Shown in pieces: positions 36,401 to 50,830 of a stretch of 64,000 nt of DNA. This stretch comes from Octopus bimaculoides (Eukaryota), in assembly GCF_001194135.2 (NCBI RefSeq), contig NC_068981.1:188992340-189056339 (forward strand). Reading direction: 5' to 3'. The position numbers were made by a program, and so were the translations under genes. The notes under the pieces are model-generated. The model worked only from the letters and a program-made list of their open reading frames with translations. It was not told the DNA's origin and searched no databases. How positions within the stretch are numbered: the stretch's first letter is position 1; each line of letters starts with the position of its first letter.

Positions 36401-37600
36401 GCTGTACTTGATAAGAAACATCAAGCTAAATGAAATCACTGTCTTCCACACATACCCGCTTAACCTTTCAGGTGCTGGTGACACTATAAAAGCACCCGTG
36501 CTGGTACTGCATTAACACACCCATGTCAGTGCTGTGTAAATGCACCTGTAATGGTAACATGTAAAAAGCACCCAACACACTGTTAAGTGGCTGGCATTAG
36601 GAAGGGCATCCAGCCATAGAAACCATGTCACAACAGGCAGTTAGAGTTTGGACAGCTCTCTGCTAGCCAGCTCCATGTCAAACCATCTAATACATGCCAG
36701 CATGGAGAGTGGACATTAGACAATGATGATAATGACAACTATTGTCATGAATAAATTCTAATATGTATTCATGTATGTTATCTGACAAATAAACGGAACA
36801 ACTGTAACCATTAAGACAATATTTACCAAGACTTTAGACACCATGCGGGTTGTTTTAAAGCTTAAGTTACATGCTTAAATATTGTGAATTGAATCAGTGC
36901 AATCAGAACTGTAAATTTACTGACCTATAAATGATGTTCTCTTTCATTTATAGAGGCTAAGGGTCTTAATTAGCAAAATATGATGCAATCCACATGTCTT
37001 GTTACCATGAAAAATGATTCTCAGCTTACTGTGTAAAGTGGTTGGTGCTAGAAAGGGTACCCAACCATAGAGACAATACCTAAAAAAACATTTGTGCATG
37101 ATACATTCCTCCAACTCCTCCAACTCTATCAAATCACCCAACTCATTCCAACATGGAAACTGGATATTAAATGGTGATGATGATGATGATTAAATACTTT
37201 TGCAGAAATATAGTGTGAATACACAAAAATAAAGAAAATGTCTCAGCTAGTGAAAACTTATGCATAAACTCAACATCAGATACTTGAGGCAATCATTTAG
37301 ATAGATTGTTTAAATTTTAAATGGCTGTGATTATTCTTGTCTCTTTATTTAGAACATAGGTAGAGACAAATTTTAAAGAGAAAACTGATGAATGTACAGA
37401 CATGACTGCAGAGTTAAAAAGTTTGTTTTCTAACCAGGTGGTTCCACGGTTCATGCCACTGTTTAGTATATTGGGAGGAAGCGTCTTCTACCATAACTGC
37501 AGATTGAAATATATATTGGGAATCAAATTTAGTAAATGTAAAATGTGCGGGAACCTGTAGAATACACAAAGTCATTCAGGAAGGTGTAACATCCAAGGAC

Positions 37601-37920
37601 TGGCATAGCAGCATAATTGTTAGCTGCTGCAAGGGTAAGGGTGATGCTTTAGATACAAGCAATTATAGAGGTATCGAACTTATGGACCAGGTGATGAGAA
37701 TTACAGAGAGAATTATAGCCCAATTAATTAGGAGTAGGATTAAGCAAGATGAAATGTAATTTGGCTTTGTCCAGGGGAGAAGTACTACTGACACTATTTT
37801 CACAGTCAGGCAATTTCAAGACAAATACTTAGCTAAGAATAAGCCATTATATTTGGCATTCATTGATTTACAGAAAGCCTGCTGTGTGATATGGTGGGCT
37901 CCACGGAGGCTAGGGATAGA
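37601..37920 (+). mobile_element. RTE-clade LINE RT N-terminal fragment
   Basis: WHSSIIVSCCKGKGDALDTSNYRGIELM...M*FGFVQGRSTTDTIFTVRQFQDKYLAKNKPLYLAFIDLQKA. Confidence 0.9.
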
Positions 37921-40900
37921 CATTTAAATATACATATGAATTTAGTCCTTCCAAATTCTGTTACGAATGAGGACCCCAAAAGATGCCACTGTCGAAAAAA
38001 CCATATGGATATCTTATTTCTTTCATGCATTTGCTTTTGTTATTCTGATTCTGTTCAAATCCTATTAGATTTCTTTGGCTCCCAAACATAACATGACAGT
38101 GAAGTCATTTGATCACATTACAAAATGAGTGAGTGTGCATATTAAGTCTACTCTTAAATTTATTCATAGTTATTCTTATACAGGATTTTACTGAGTCAGG
38201 TGTTTTAACAGAACACTTACATGCTAACTATATTAAGACATATTTTTCATCCGCCAAGTATTCAAATTGTCTGGACCCCTAATCAGTTACCAATACTATT
38301 ATAACATGTCTTATATTTGAATGTACTATAATCCCAGTGTAGCTTCTTGTTAAATATAATAATCTCACTGAATTCTTACAAATGATATTGTGATAACTAT
38401 TATAAGGTGAGAAATGTTTAGCTATCAATGAGAAAAAATCCCTTACTATGAGTGTAGTATCTGCCTTGCTGAAGAGTAGTTAGAAGTATGTTATAAGTCT
38501 ATGTTCATTTCTGTTTGTATAATACTTCATCTCTATTATTAATATAATAACCTTGTCCACAAATCTACTCCTAAAGCAACATTATGATATACTGGATAGC
38601 ATCAAAAAATGTTCTTGTTTGTAGAAATGCCTGAAATCCTCACAAATATGCTGGTAAATTGTTTTTGATGTTTCAAGAGTGTTTAAAGGATTTTACTAAT
38701 GTCACTTAAAGTTTTGAGTTTATGGAAAGGATAATAGTTCTATGGAAAGATTAAGAGTAATATCTCAAAAATCAACAGTCTGCTCTATGTTTATCTACAT
38801 CAACATCGAAATGAAAACTGGTACATTTAAACAGAAATACTTTCCATAATCAATGTCCAACTAAGTTATCACTTTTTACATCAATGGTCACTTTGATTTT
38901 CATATCTTATAAGAACGATGAAATAAGTAGCAGACAAAACACTAGGACTAACATAATAAAGTAAACACCTTGCATGTGACAATCCAGCATGACCACACCC
39001 TATAACTGATACATTCGAAATATGCAAAAAAAAAAAAAGAAAGAAAGAAAAAAAAAAACTGAATATGAACATAGAGATTGAGTTAAATCTGTTTGCATAA
39101 AAAATTTCCAGTATATGAATCTTTCTGATGTTCAAAATTATAGACTCAGCAAGGAAATAATTTTAAAACAACTGCAATAGAAAAAGAAAGAAAACAAAAC
39201 AAATAAATTATTGTTATAGTTACTGTAACAATATGAAATGATAGTTCACAAAGCTTATATTAAAAAAATAAAAAATAAACATTCTTTGTTTTGGAAAACT
39301 GCCCCCCACTATTCAATTGTAATTATTTCATATAAAAATTTACAAAACACTATTAAATTTAGCAATCAATTCATTCATTAATGTTTTCAAACATTATATA
39401 GTTGCTGTTTCTGACCTGCTGTTTAGTTGCCATAATAACAGGGAAGTGTATTTGTTGTTAAGTTTCATTAAGTTTATTGATTTTTAACACCCAAAAATCG
39501 ATTTTATACAAGTTTCATTTTATTGCATAGAAAATAGTTTTGGTGCAGTAAAACAAATAACCAAGAATTTGTTTTTTATCTTTTAAATTTTTCTTAATTG
39601 TTGCAATTCATGCACTTGTTTTAGCTATCCTAAATTGTTACAAATTCACAAAACTGTAAATTTATTTAATTCTCTTCCAATTTTTAGATCTGGTAGAGTT
39701 CAGATGATGCTAACTTGTGATTTCTTACATTCAGGATCAATATCAATAAATAAATGAAAAGTCAATACTGCCAGTATATTGGGGTGCAATTGCAATCTGA
39801 GCAGGTATGTAAGTACTATTCACTATATTAACTAATTGAAAAGGAAATATAAACATCGATTTGGGATATTATGAATGTAAGATAACTGCCAAGAGAGAAA
39901 AGAAAACTGTGATGCATGCAGAAAATTGTGAACCCTATAACTTGTAAAGGATTTGAAAGGTTTTAATTCTGTTGTCCAAAAGGGGATGGAGTAGACAATT
40001 GTTTCCTTAATAGATACAGTGAGTATGTCCTTTTGTTATTCATGGAGACATAATTATCACATCTACAGTGGAGTTTTCTTCTCTTTCTTCTTTTTATGCA
40101 GTCACTGTTCATAGGGACAGTGTAGGTTCTGAGTTGTATGTGAATGACAATGTATGAGGGGAAACTAGGAAAGACTGAAGAGTAGCATCATCTGTGTAGG
40201 AGTAAGCATTAAATAGGGGTCGATAGAAATCTGGTTATTTAATGTACAGGAGAAAGTGTAAGGGGTACATAACTGAATCATATGGTATACCAGACTTGAT
40301 AGAAAGTACATCTGTAAAAGCTCCAGCAGTACAATTTCGGTTGATGCTGACAAATAGATTCTGATCTGAAAGCCAAGAAACAAAGGAACCAATTGCTTCT
40401 CTGCAGTTCAGTATCATAAAAAAGTTACACACACACACACACACACAAATAGTAACTTTAGTACAAAGTACATAGAATAGCTGCAAGTTTCTGTATTATA
40501 TAATAGTGATTGTCTTGACATCAATTTTATCCAAGTGACAGAAAACACTTTTTAAATGATAAAATTCTGAATTAATTAGGAATATTTCAAGCTTTAGCTT
40601 GCTGTGTATTGATAAAATTTTGTCAAATGGGTTTTATACTTTCTTTAGCAGCCATTCATTACTTAATATATTGTGAAAGGTGTTATCATTCATTGTTTAA
40701 TTCATAATCTGACTAACCCAGAGTATTTGAAAAGTTACAGATTACTTACATCATTTCAGATTCATTACATCTATATTTATCTTTCACTTACCAGAGATAA
40801 GACTGACTATTTTTTTCTATGACTGATAGCAAATTAATGCTTAACTATGGTGTTAATTGACCTTAATAATTTTCAAAGTTGATTAATTGATAATTTAATT

Positions 40901-43900
40901 TTCTGCAAATACTTTTCATCAGCTGAGATGAAGGAATTATAGCCAGAAGGTAAGAAAACACTTGCAATTGATCTCAACCAAGTAGATTTCAAGCAAAGAT
41001 GTATTGGAATAAATTTTAACCAGACTGATAGAAATAAGAGTTCTTTTACTTTCCAGTATTTAAATAAGATTCTAACATTTCCACTTTACAACTTCTGTTG
41101 CTTATTAGTATTTTCTCAATTACTACATGAGCAAGAAGTTTGGGAGAATAGAAAAGTGAAGGTTTAGTTCAGAGATTTCTTACATTTCTTTTAAAATTTA
41201 GTAACTGTGGTTGCAAAACAAAGATTGATTAATACAGACAGCTGATTGATAGTGATAAATTGAGATTAATTTGATTTCCGTTTTTACTAAACTTTTTTTT
41301 TCTCTCTGTTCAAGTGTAGCATACAATTCTGAAGAAGTTGATATGAAGACAGAAATTATATCAGTTGAACAGCAGCCATGGTAACTGTAGTAGATAACTT
41401 GGTAATAGTGAAGTGCTTTTATAAATTAAAGTCTGAAAACACTGCTTCCTACTCAAAGATTTTGCAGCAAAAATAAAAAAAGGTTTTCATTTTGCTTTGC
41501 CTATTTTTTAAGGTATCAGTTTATGAAGTAAAAAACAAAATGTAATGTAGATAAATTGTTGCAAAGCAGATATTTACTTCAGAAGTTGAATGACATGAAG
41601 CTTGAAGATAATGATTTACTAGTCTAGTATGTATTTTGGAGAAGATGATGACTAAACTGAAAGAATACTAGGCTGCCAGTCGAGAGTTCAACAGTATGTA
41701 CCTTGCCAGTACCATTTTATGTTGTATATGTATTTAATAATACACGAAGGCCCATGGCTTGGTGGTTAATTGTGTTGGGCTCATGATCAAAAGTCATGGA
41801 TTCAATTCCTGAACAGAGTGGCTTGTTGTGCCCTTGAGCAAAACACTTTATCCCACTTTGTTCCAATCTACTCAGCTGAAAATTAGCACCATCCTCCTGG
41901 TGCTGGTGCAACCCTCTCTCCCTCATATTCAGGATTTTCCTCTGGGTCGAGGGTGGCAGAGTTGATACCGTGTCTTTCACTGTTAGGAGTAGATTTGTGG
42001 ACAAGATTATTATATTCATAATAGAGATGAGGTATTATAGAAACAGAAATGAACATAGATGTATAAGATACTTCTAACTACTCTTCAGCAAGGCAGATAC
42101 TATACTCATAGAAACGAATTTTTTTTCATATAAAAATTTACAAAAAACTATTAAATTTAGCAATCAATTCATTCATTAATGTTTTCAAACATTATATAGT
42201 TGCTGTTTAGTTGCCATTATAACAGGGAAGTGTATTTGTTGTTAATGGTAGATGCAACAAACAATACTCCTTTGAAAGTCACAACTGTGGTTTATGACAC
42301 TTGACCCTCAGAGCAAATGACTAAAAATAAATTAGAAACATCAGGTGTGAACAATTTACTGCAGTGGATATATTGAAAAATTGACAACAATGAATGCTGA
42401 AATGGCCCTGTGGGTGAGGAAGTTCACTTTAAAATAATGTTTGCATTTTAGGCAAATGTCTTCTACCATAAACTTAGGTCAATCAATACTCTGATTAGAA
42501 TTTGGTCGATGGAAACTGAGCAGAACCTTGCTGTGTGTCTATATGTATGCATGCATGTCTTATATTGACGTATTCATCAATGAGAAAACTGAAACACTTC
42601 ATTTATAAAATGAATGAAGTCCCTTGAGATATTAGTTCTCAGTTGAGTTACAGACACTCCAGCTTCACTGCTGCTTGATAGAAAAGTGTCAGAAAAGCAG
42701 TGCAACTGGTGTTTAGCCAATTGGAAATCTTTACTAAATGGTGCTGCTGTTCAAAAGTAGGTTATTAAGTACATTATTATTAAGTGAAAGTGTTAATCGT
42801 TGGTGTAGCCAGTGGTTGTCACTGGTCTTGACTAGAATTGATCATTAGTTGGTGTTGTATGTTAACTGACTCAACGATTTGACAGATTAACTTAAGAAGG
42901 AAGGATTTATGTTAATGTGAAGTGATAGTAGCATTTCTAATATACAAGAATGATTCCATCAATGATTTGTCTGCAAATTTAGACATGCTAAAGAAAACTA
43001 TCGAAAGATAAAGGGGTTTTACTTCTAAAGTAAATCAGATATTGGTGAGGCACAGGTATGGTAGGTTTGGGGTTTAGTCGTACAGTGTGGCATCTAGGGC
43101 AAATGTCTTCTACTATCGACCTTGGTCAAAGCCTGGTGAGTGAATTTAGCATGCAGAAACTGAAAAGAGCACCTTGTATGTATGTGTACATGTATGTGTG
43201 TTGGATTAAATTTGCACTTTACAAAACTCACTGTGAGTGGTGGTGATGTTATAACTTCTGTCAACAAATCAAGAATGAATAAGAGACCCCTTACTTAGAA
43301 ACAAGTAAGGGTCAGCGACAGGAAGAGTATCTGGCTGCAAAAACAATGCTTCAGTTGTACATACATCTAATCTATGCTAGCACTGTAAAAAGTGGACGCA
43401 AAATGAACAAAGGTTAACAATGTAAATTCATTTGGAACTGAAAGAAAGATATGAAATGCAACAAACCTGATCATATATCTGCTATAACCTGAACATTTTA
43501 TGAATATACATAGAGAGATATACTGGATTAATACTAACTTCATTATGTGAAGAGAAGAGTTAAGGTACATATATGATCTGGCTCTCCATTGGTTATGACG
43601 ACAAGTGTTCCAGTTGATTCAATCAACAGAACAGCCAGCTTGTGAAATTGACATGCAAGTGGCTGAGTACACCCAGACATGCGAACCCTTAATGTATATC
43701 TCAGGGAAATTCAGTGTGACAAGGGGTGGCTCTTCTGAATTATAGGTACAACCCGTTTTTGCCAGCTAAGCAGACTGGAGCGATGTGAAATAAAGTAACT
43801 TGCTCAGCATGCCACCAGTAACCAAACTCAATTAGTTAATTAATAAAATAAGGTCCTACCGTTTTAGTAGAATTGAATTGTTTTGAAAGAAAATAGTGAT

Positions 43901-45234
43901 GTAAAAATTCTTTCCTGGCATCCAAAAGACCTGACATTGGAACAGATTATAGAGGCTATACAAATACAGAAAGCAGACTTCCCCTCACTCAAACTCAATG
44001 AAGAATGGATGACTTAGCACAGTAATACAAAAATAACTACCATAGAGAAATCACTCTAAATTCAGTTGAAAATCTACCTATTGAGAAGGTCACAGTTTTG
44101 GTGGTGGAAACTATGCATGGCGAAATAAAAATATATAGACAAAACAATGAGGGAACATGTTTATAGGCCAAAATATAACAATATTTAAACATTACTACTT
44201 TTGAAAGGGCTGATGGAAAATGAAGACTTCTAAGTATCAATTCAAAGAAAATGTGAAATAATTCTAAAGAAAAGTAAATAGGTTATTTATGAAATAGTTT
44301 GAAATTCTTTGCAAACAATTATATACTTATATACTTCAACAAATTTTCACATTCATAGCTTAGATAAAACTTTTTATTGAACATTATTATAGGTTTATGG
44401 AAAATAAATTATGTGATAACTAGGTGGATATATTTTTACTAGACTTTATTTCCATAATTTTCTTATTTGGTATTGGCAATTTAGAAACTTGCATACTAAA
44501 TAAATTTTCAGTGTGAAATAGTTTTGAAACCATTAGAAACTAAAAATAAAAAAATAATAGTTAAAACAATACATATAGTTCAATGGATTTTCGGATGTTT
44601 TTATAGAGAAGTTCAAATATCTAGGGAACACTTGTATGAATATATTTCAATTTTATTTATATCACCTCTGTGTTATAAAAAAATTTTGCCAAAATTTTGA
44701 AGACCAATATTTTACAGCAAATTGTTCAATGTAATGTTAAACAATATCAAATTAAAAGCAGAACCTATATTTTGATAGTCTACTAAGTAGATTAGGCTAA
44801 TTAATTAATGTATATCACGTGAGTATGTGTGTGTATCTTTTAATGTTTATGGTTTTGTTTTTATTCATAATTTATTTGTTTAACTATTTGGTGGCTGTTC
44901 TACATTTTGTGCTGCATTTATATATTTTCCTTTAATATTTGAAGGAAATATTTGGTTGGTGTGACATAGCTTTGTATAGAAGTTTGCTTTCACAGCTATG
45001 CAGTCTTGGTTTCAGTCATACTGCACAACACTTGAGACAAGTGTCTTCTGCTACAGTGTTGGGTTGACCAAAGCCTTAAAAGTTTGTTTGGTAGATGGAA
45101 ACTGAAAGAAACCCTATATGTATATATTCTTTATTCTCGACCATCAGTATAAAGAAGACAGAATTGATCCACCAATCTTGCCCTACTGCTAAGCAAACTC
45201 GAGCTGTCAATCAAAAGCCACCGGTTCACAATTT

Positions 45235-46035
45235 CCCTGACACTCCTATACAGGTTGATAGGAAAAACCAAAAGTATATGAATTCATTTACATATCTTGG
45301 TAGTAAAGGGAAATCGAGTTCTTCCTTTGATGAAATCATCAACCATCTAGCAAAAGCAACCTACACATTTAGTAAACTCCATCATCACTTATGAAATGAA
45401 AGGGGCATCAAACTTGACAGCAAAATACAGGTCTATAAAACAGCCATTCTTACTACTCTCTTGTATGGCTCAGAATTGTGGACACCCTATAGACAGTACA
45501 TTAACCAACTAGGCATCTTCCACAAAGGTTGTCTCAAGACAATCTGTGGTTATTCACTAAAAGACAGAGTTTTTAATGCCAGCTTGTTTAGCAAGTGTAA
45601 GATTGGTGGAATCAAGAGCTTCCTCATGCAGTCACAATTGCATTGGCTGACCATGTCATCAGATGGGTGATGAAAGAATATCCAAAGTCCTCATATACAG
45701 CTAGCTTGATAGTGGGGACAGGAATGTTGGTCAACCATGACTCAGATATAAGGACAAGCTGAAGAGTAACCTCTCAGCAGTCAAATATAGCTTACAACAC
45801 CTTTGAACAAACAGACTTGGAGTGAACAAAATGGAGACCATTGTGTCGAAATAGTATAAGAAACTTTGTCGCAACCAGTGTTAACAGGGTTTGGGGTGCA
45901 AGGCAAAAGAGAAGAGTGGCTGCAAATATACCATCTGCACTGACCCATAATCCCCATACTTGTAGCATCTGTAGCCTTCTTTGCAAATTGTTGCCAGGAC
46001 TCCAATATCACATTCAACATAAGCATTATGACTGA
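45235..46035 (+). mobile_element. Second RTE-clade (BovB-like) LINE 3' fragment
   Basis: FTYLGS...DEIINHLAKA, VYKTAILTTLLYGSELWT, LRYKDKLK, and a terminal CxxC...H...H finger (HTCSICSLLC...HIQHKH). Stops present. Confidence 0.85.
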
Positions 46036-46167
46036 CAAAGAAAGAGTAGGTTGTCAGATCCTCATGCGTCAAAACTGATAGAAGAGTTCATTATTNNNNN
46101 NNNNNNNNNNNNNNNNNNNNNNNNNNNNNNNNNNNNNNNNNNNNNNNNNNNNNATATATATATATAT

Positions 46168-46215
<48 letters not shown>

Positions 46216-46318
46216 CTTTTATATGATGTGTTGTGAATTTATGGAAAGAAATCCCACAAAAATTTTGTTAAAAATGGAGAAGAGAAGATGTTAAAGTATA
46301 TAAGAGAATTTTAATTCA

Positions 46319-46418
46319 TGCAGACGATCGTTTCGTGCAGAGATATAAAAATCATGCAAATTCATGGTAGAATTAAATAAAATTAAATTAATTATGTATT
46401 ACTGTACTCTTCAGTGCA
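46319..46418 (-). ncRNA. Type-I hammerhead motif with long loop II (family D, left arm)
   Basis: Minus strand: TGCA CTGAAGA GTACAG-(61 nt)-CTGCAC GAA ACGATCGT C^ TGCA. Intact core, one mismatch in helix II, GUC site. Confidence 0.72.
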
Positions 46419-46571
46419 AGAAGTATAAACAAAATTTTTACAAAGGACTTGAGAAAGGAAATAGCAGAATAGAATCTAGAAGATTCATATTTATCCTTAT
46501 GAGAAAAAGAGATGCGAGTCCAGTTAGGTATTAACTATAACGAGTTATAGTTAAATTTTGTTCATACTTCT

Positions 46572-46659
46572 TGCATTGAAGAGTACAGTGATATATAATT
46601 AATTTAATTCAAGAATGAATTTGCATGATTTTTATATCTGTACGAAACGATCGTCTGCA
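46572..46659 (+). ncRNA. Type-I hammerhead motif with long loop II (family D, right arm)
   Basis: TGCA TTGAAGA GTACAG-(49 nt)-CTGTAC GAA ACGATCGT C^ TGCA. Perfect helix II, C3 replaced by U. Confidence 0.68.
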
Positions 46660-49246
46660 TGAATTAAAATTCTCTTATACATTTTAACCTCTTCTCTTCT
46701 CCATTTTTAACAAAATTGTTGAGTTTTATGGGATTTCTTTCCATAAATTCACAACACATCATATACAAGCATTATTTTCATATTCATAAATTTACACCTG
46801 TAAACTAACAGGAAAATATGAAGAATCAATATTAGAAATAATAAATCTCTGAGCGAGGTATAAACAGTAGCTGCACAACATCATGAAGTATATTTGCCAC
46901 TTAAATGTGGCTAACCCTTAAGGGTGGATGCTGCTGTAGCTTGTAGCCCCAGGAGGGCGCCTCCTCCAGCTGGCTATTGACACACTTTCATCTGGTGCAT
47001 GGACATATAGTAAATTGGACACTAAAACAATGATGATGATGATTTCAAGACACTGAACAGAAAATTCTGGAACTGACCAAAGCCAGATGTTAGTAACAGA
47101 CTACTTTTGTTATTGCTGTTCATGTAAGTCAGTCCTGGATAAAAGGACTACTAATTGATGGTAATCCAACCATGAGTACTACATATATATGCATTTCTAA
47201 GGTTAAATCATCCAAAATGTCCATATTTTCTTCCTTTTGGATGGTAGATTTTAATTTGTGAGGAATTTGACTGCTATTACATGCAGGCTCAGCAACCAAA
47301 ATAGTGGTTCCCTTTTCGGTACAGAAGCTCATTATATATATCATCAAAATCATCACTTAACATACGTGATGGTATGGATTGGATGGTTCGACAGAATCTA
47401 GTGAATCTAAGGACTGCAGCATACATCAGTCTCTTCTTTGGTGTGGTTTTTATGGTTGAGTTTTCTTCCTAATGCCAACCACTTTACAGCATGTATTTGG
47501 TGCTTTTCTCATACCACCAACTTGCAAGACTACAAACCTTGAGAGAAGTGGCTTTATGCTAGAAGATGAGGTATTGTACAGTTTTTGCCATGAAACCAAA
47601 GAGGCTCCTTGGCAGATATCCCTCCTGGTAACAACCAATCGTTGCCAATACAGTGGAAAGATTTTGCATGTGCTCTCTGGATACTGCTGAGATGCTTACA
47701 TCTCAGTGTATTCCTGGCAAAACCAAGGATTGTACAACATCAAGCCTGGTTGAATTAGCAGCAGACCATAACCAGTGGTTATCTTATAATTTCACCTGAT
47801 GATGCCTACAAACCTAGACAAATTTAAGTGCATTCCTTTTCTCTGTACCATCTTATCTGTGAGACTCAACTTTTATAAATCAGTGTCTTCTTAATAATGA
47901 TTTGTTTCAATGTCATACTGAACTACAGAATAAATCTATAGATTTTGTCAGCACTTTACACAATAAACACCTGCCTTTACATTTTGTATCTCGTAAATAC
48001 TTTACCTTTAATTCATGAATAGAAAAAAAGATGAATGAACCAGGTAGGTTTTAGCTTTGCTTTGAGATTTTGTCAGCAATTGTGTGTTCTCTTTAACTAT
48101 CTACAGAAATATACATTTATAATGCACTCTTGGTAGCTTGTTTGATTAATAACTTGTACTTTAATAGTGTTAACCATTAAATACCAAACTCAGAATTGAA
48201 ACTAGTGTGATTGACTTTATTCTGTTTACAAAAATATTATATTCAGGTAAGGTGATAACAGTTGCCTATACTTAGTTTTGTATCTAAAATTTATAGATAG
48301 GCACATGTGTAGCTGTGTGGCTGAGAAGCTTGCTTTCGAACCATGTAGCCTTGGTTCAATCCCATTGCATGGTATCTTGAATAAGAGTCTTCTATTTAAA
48401 GCCCTACGCTGACCAAAGCTGTGTGAGTGGACTTGGTAGCTAGAAACCATGAGAAATCCATCATATATGCAGGTGTGTGTGTGTACCCTTATCCAGACAT
48501 TAATTGATGGTTGTGAATGAGCAGTATTGTCATACAAGCAAAGCTGCTTGTTGCCAGTCCTCAGTCTAGCAACGGGAATATATTATCTCACTTAGAAACA
48601 AGAAAATTGGCAACAAGAAGGGCAACCTGTAGTAGAAAATGTTTCAATAAATTCTGTCCAACCCATGCCAGCATGGAAAAGTAGATGTTAAATGACAATG
48701 ATATTCTATAGTTGAATACAGCTTTGAAACAAAATACTAAATATCAGTAACCTATTAATTGAACTGGTAGTCAAGAAAGTGTTATAATTAGTCTATCTGG
48801 TTTACATATGCCTTGACTAGAACGGGGTTTATAAGCATAATCTCTGCAGATGAAGGCATCCTCAGTCACAGATGAAATCACAACACAAGACTGAAATTAC
48901 TCTGGTTATTCAGTGTTTTTCTGTTCACAAAGATATTAAAGACAATGCATTTACAGCTGTAGACATAGTGTTGGCTAACACCTATAGACATACTCTGTAG
49001 TTCTGTATTGCATTAACTTTTATTATTACATATAAAACTTGGTTTAAACCAATGTTGACAATAGCAAATGACAGAAGGAAATTAATTATTAATGGTTATT
49101 TCAAAATTGTGTAAGTGCCAACTATAATCAACACTAAGTTCTATCACAGCTAATAACATAACTTTATATATATATATATGTATATATATATATGTATNNN
49201 NNNNNNNNNNNNNNNNNNNNNNNNNNNNNNNNNNNNNNNNNNNNNN

Positions 49247-49282
<36 letters not shown>

Positions 49283-49972
49283 ATATACAAGCAATGTCTA
49301 ACATATTTGCCATCTAGTTATTGCCTTTAATTTCTCAACTAGTCATTTCCTTGGAGATTTTCAGATCCATAACCTCTTAACCATACTGAATGTTTAGACA
49401 TGCTAACCACTTCTGTCATTGCTTAGAGAAGCAAGGCAATATCACTTTGGTTCTTAGCACTCACTCAATTTAGAAGAAGGAACAGATGAATATAAATTGT
49501 GATATGCCGAGATGTATTCCAGGTTTTATAGGAAGGGAATTATCTTCCTTGTTATCTCCAGCACATAACAGGAACTGAGGGAGGACATAAATGGTCTCCT
49601 GGAATGTGTTGGTAGGAATTTCTGCTACGAGGTTCACTGTAGTACAGCAGAACTCAGATATTGATACACAAAGTTCATTGTAGCATCCCTTCATCATTTC
49701 CAGTTAATGTCTGCTTTCTATACTGGCATAGGTTAGGCAGTTTCACTGAAACTGGTAAGCTGGAGAGCAGTTACAGGTTCCAATCTGATTTAGCATGGTT
49801 TCTATGGTTGGCTGCCCTTCCTAATATCAAGCACTCAAAGTGTGTAGTGGGTGCCTTTTACATGCCTGGATAGCATTCTAGGTCATATCTCATTGATGTG
49901 AACCCTCTTCTACTGGCTAAGAAGGCATTCCATAAATCAACCCCAAAATATGGATGTTACTTAATAAAATAG

Positions 49973-50340
49973 GCACAGGAGTGCTGTGTAGTAAGTAGCT
50001 TGCTTCCCAACCATATGGTTCCAGGTTCAGTGCCACTGTGTGGCACCTTGGGTAGGTGTCTTCTACTATAGCTTCGGGTCGACCAAAGCCTTGTGAGTGG
50101 ATTTGGTAAATGGATACTGAAAGAAGCCTGTCATATATATGTGTGTGTATTTGTGTGTATTTTGAATGTCTGTATTTGTCCCTCCCCACCATCGCTTGAC
50201 AACCAATGCTGGTGTGTTTACGTACCTGTAACTTAGCGGTTCAGCAAAAATGAGTAATAGAATAAGTCCTGGGGTTGATTTGTTTGACTAAAGTCAAATG
50301 ACTGAAACAAATAAAAGAATAGAATAAAAGAATAAGGAAT
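49973..50340 (+). mobile_element. SINE family 1
   Basis: Head GGCACAGGAGTGCTGTGTAGTAAGTAGC, B-box GGTTCAGTGCC, same body and tail as 13179-13559. Confidence 0.8.
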
Positions 50341-50429
50341 AAAACTAAAAAGTCAAGTAGACCAATCTGGAGGCTGAAATCCATATCTGAATATATACTC
50401 ATGCTGTTAAGCCCAAGGTCAGCTTTGAG

Positions 50430-50830
50430 CAAGCAAACCTATGATCAATGGTATTCCTGTTTTAGCCACTCCAATTGTTTTGTATGTCCACCAATCCAAC
50501 AGCACTAGCATCGACCACGCTCAAAAGCACCATCCAAGCATAGTCGATGTCAGTGCTGCCTGACTGGCCCCTGTGCTGGTGACACGTAAAAAGCAACATT
50601 CGAGGGTGGTCGATGCCAGCACCACCAGACTGGATCCTATGCTGGTAATACATAAAAAGCACCCACTACACTCTCAGAGTGGTTGACATTAGGAAGAGCA
50701 TCCAGCTGTAGAAACCTTGCCATCTCAGACTGGAGCCTTGTGCAGCCTCCCAGCTTACCAGTCCTTAGTCAAACTGTCCAACCCATGCCAGCATGGAAAG
50801 CGGATGTTAAACGATAATGATAATGATGAT
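50430..50830 (+). mobile_element. RTE-type 3' UTR with internal tandem units and (GAT)n tail
   Basis: Ends CCCATGCCAGCATGGAAAGCGGATGTTAAACGATAATGATAATGATGAT. Confidence 0.75.

Larger units (their letters stand above)
46220..46765. mobile_element. Inverted-repeat element with a hammerhead in each arm, probable Penelope-like remnant
   Basis: Arms ~46220-46436 and ~46553-46765 are reverse complements with a few indels; ~115-bp spacer; adjacent to a TA/CA microsatellite. Confidence 0.7.
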
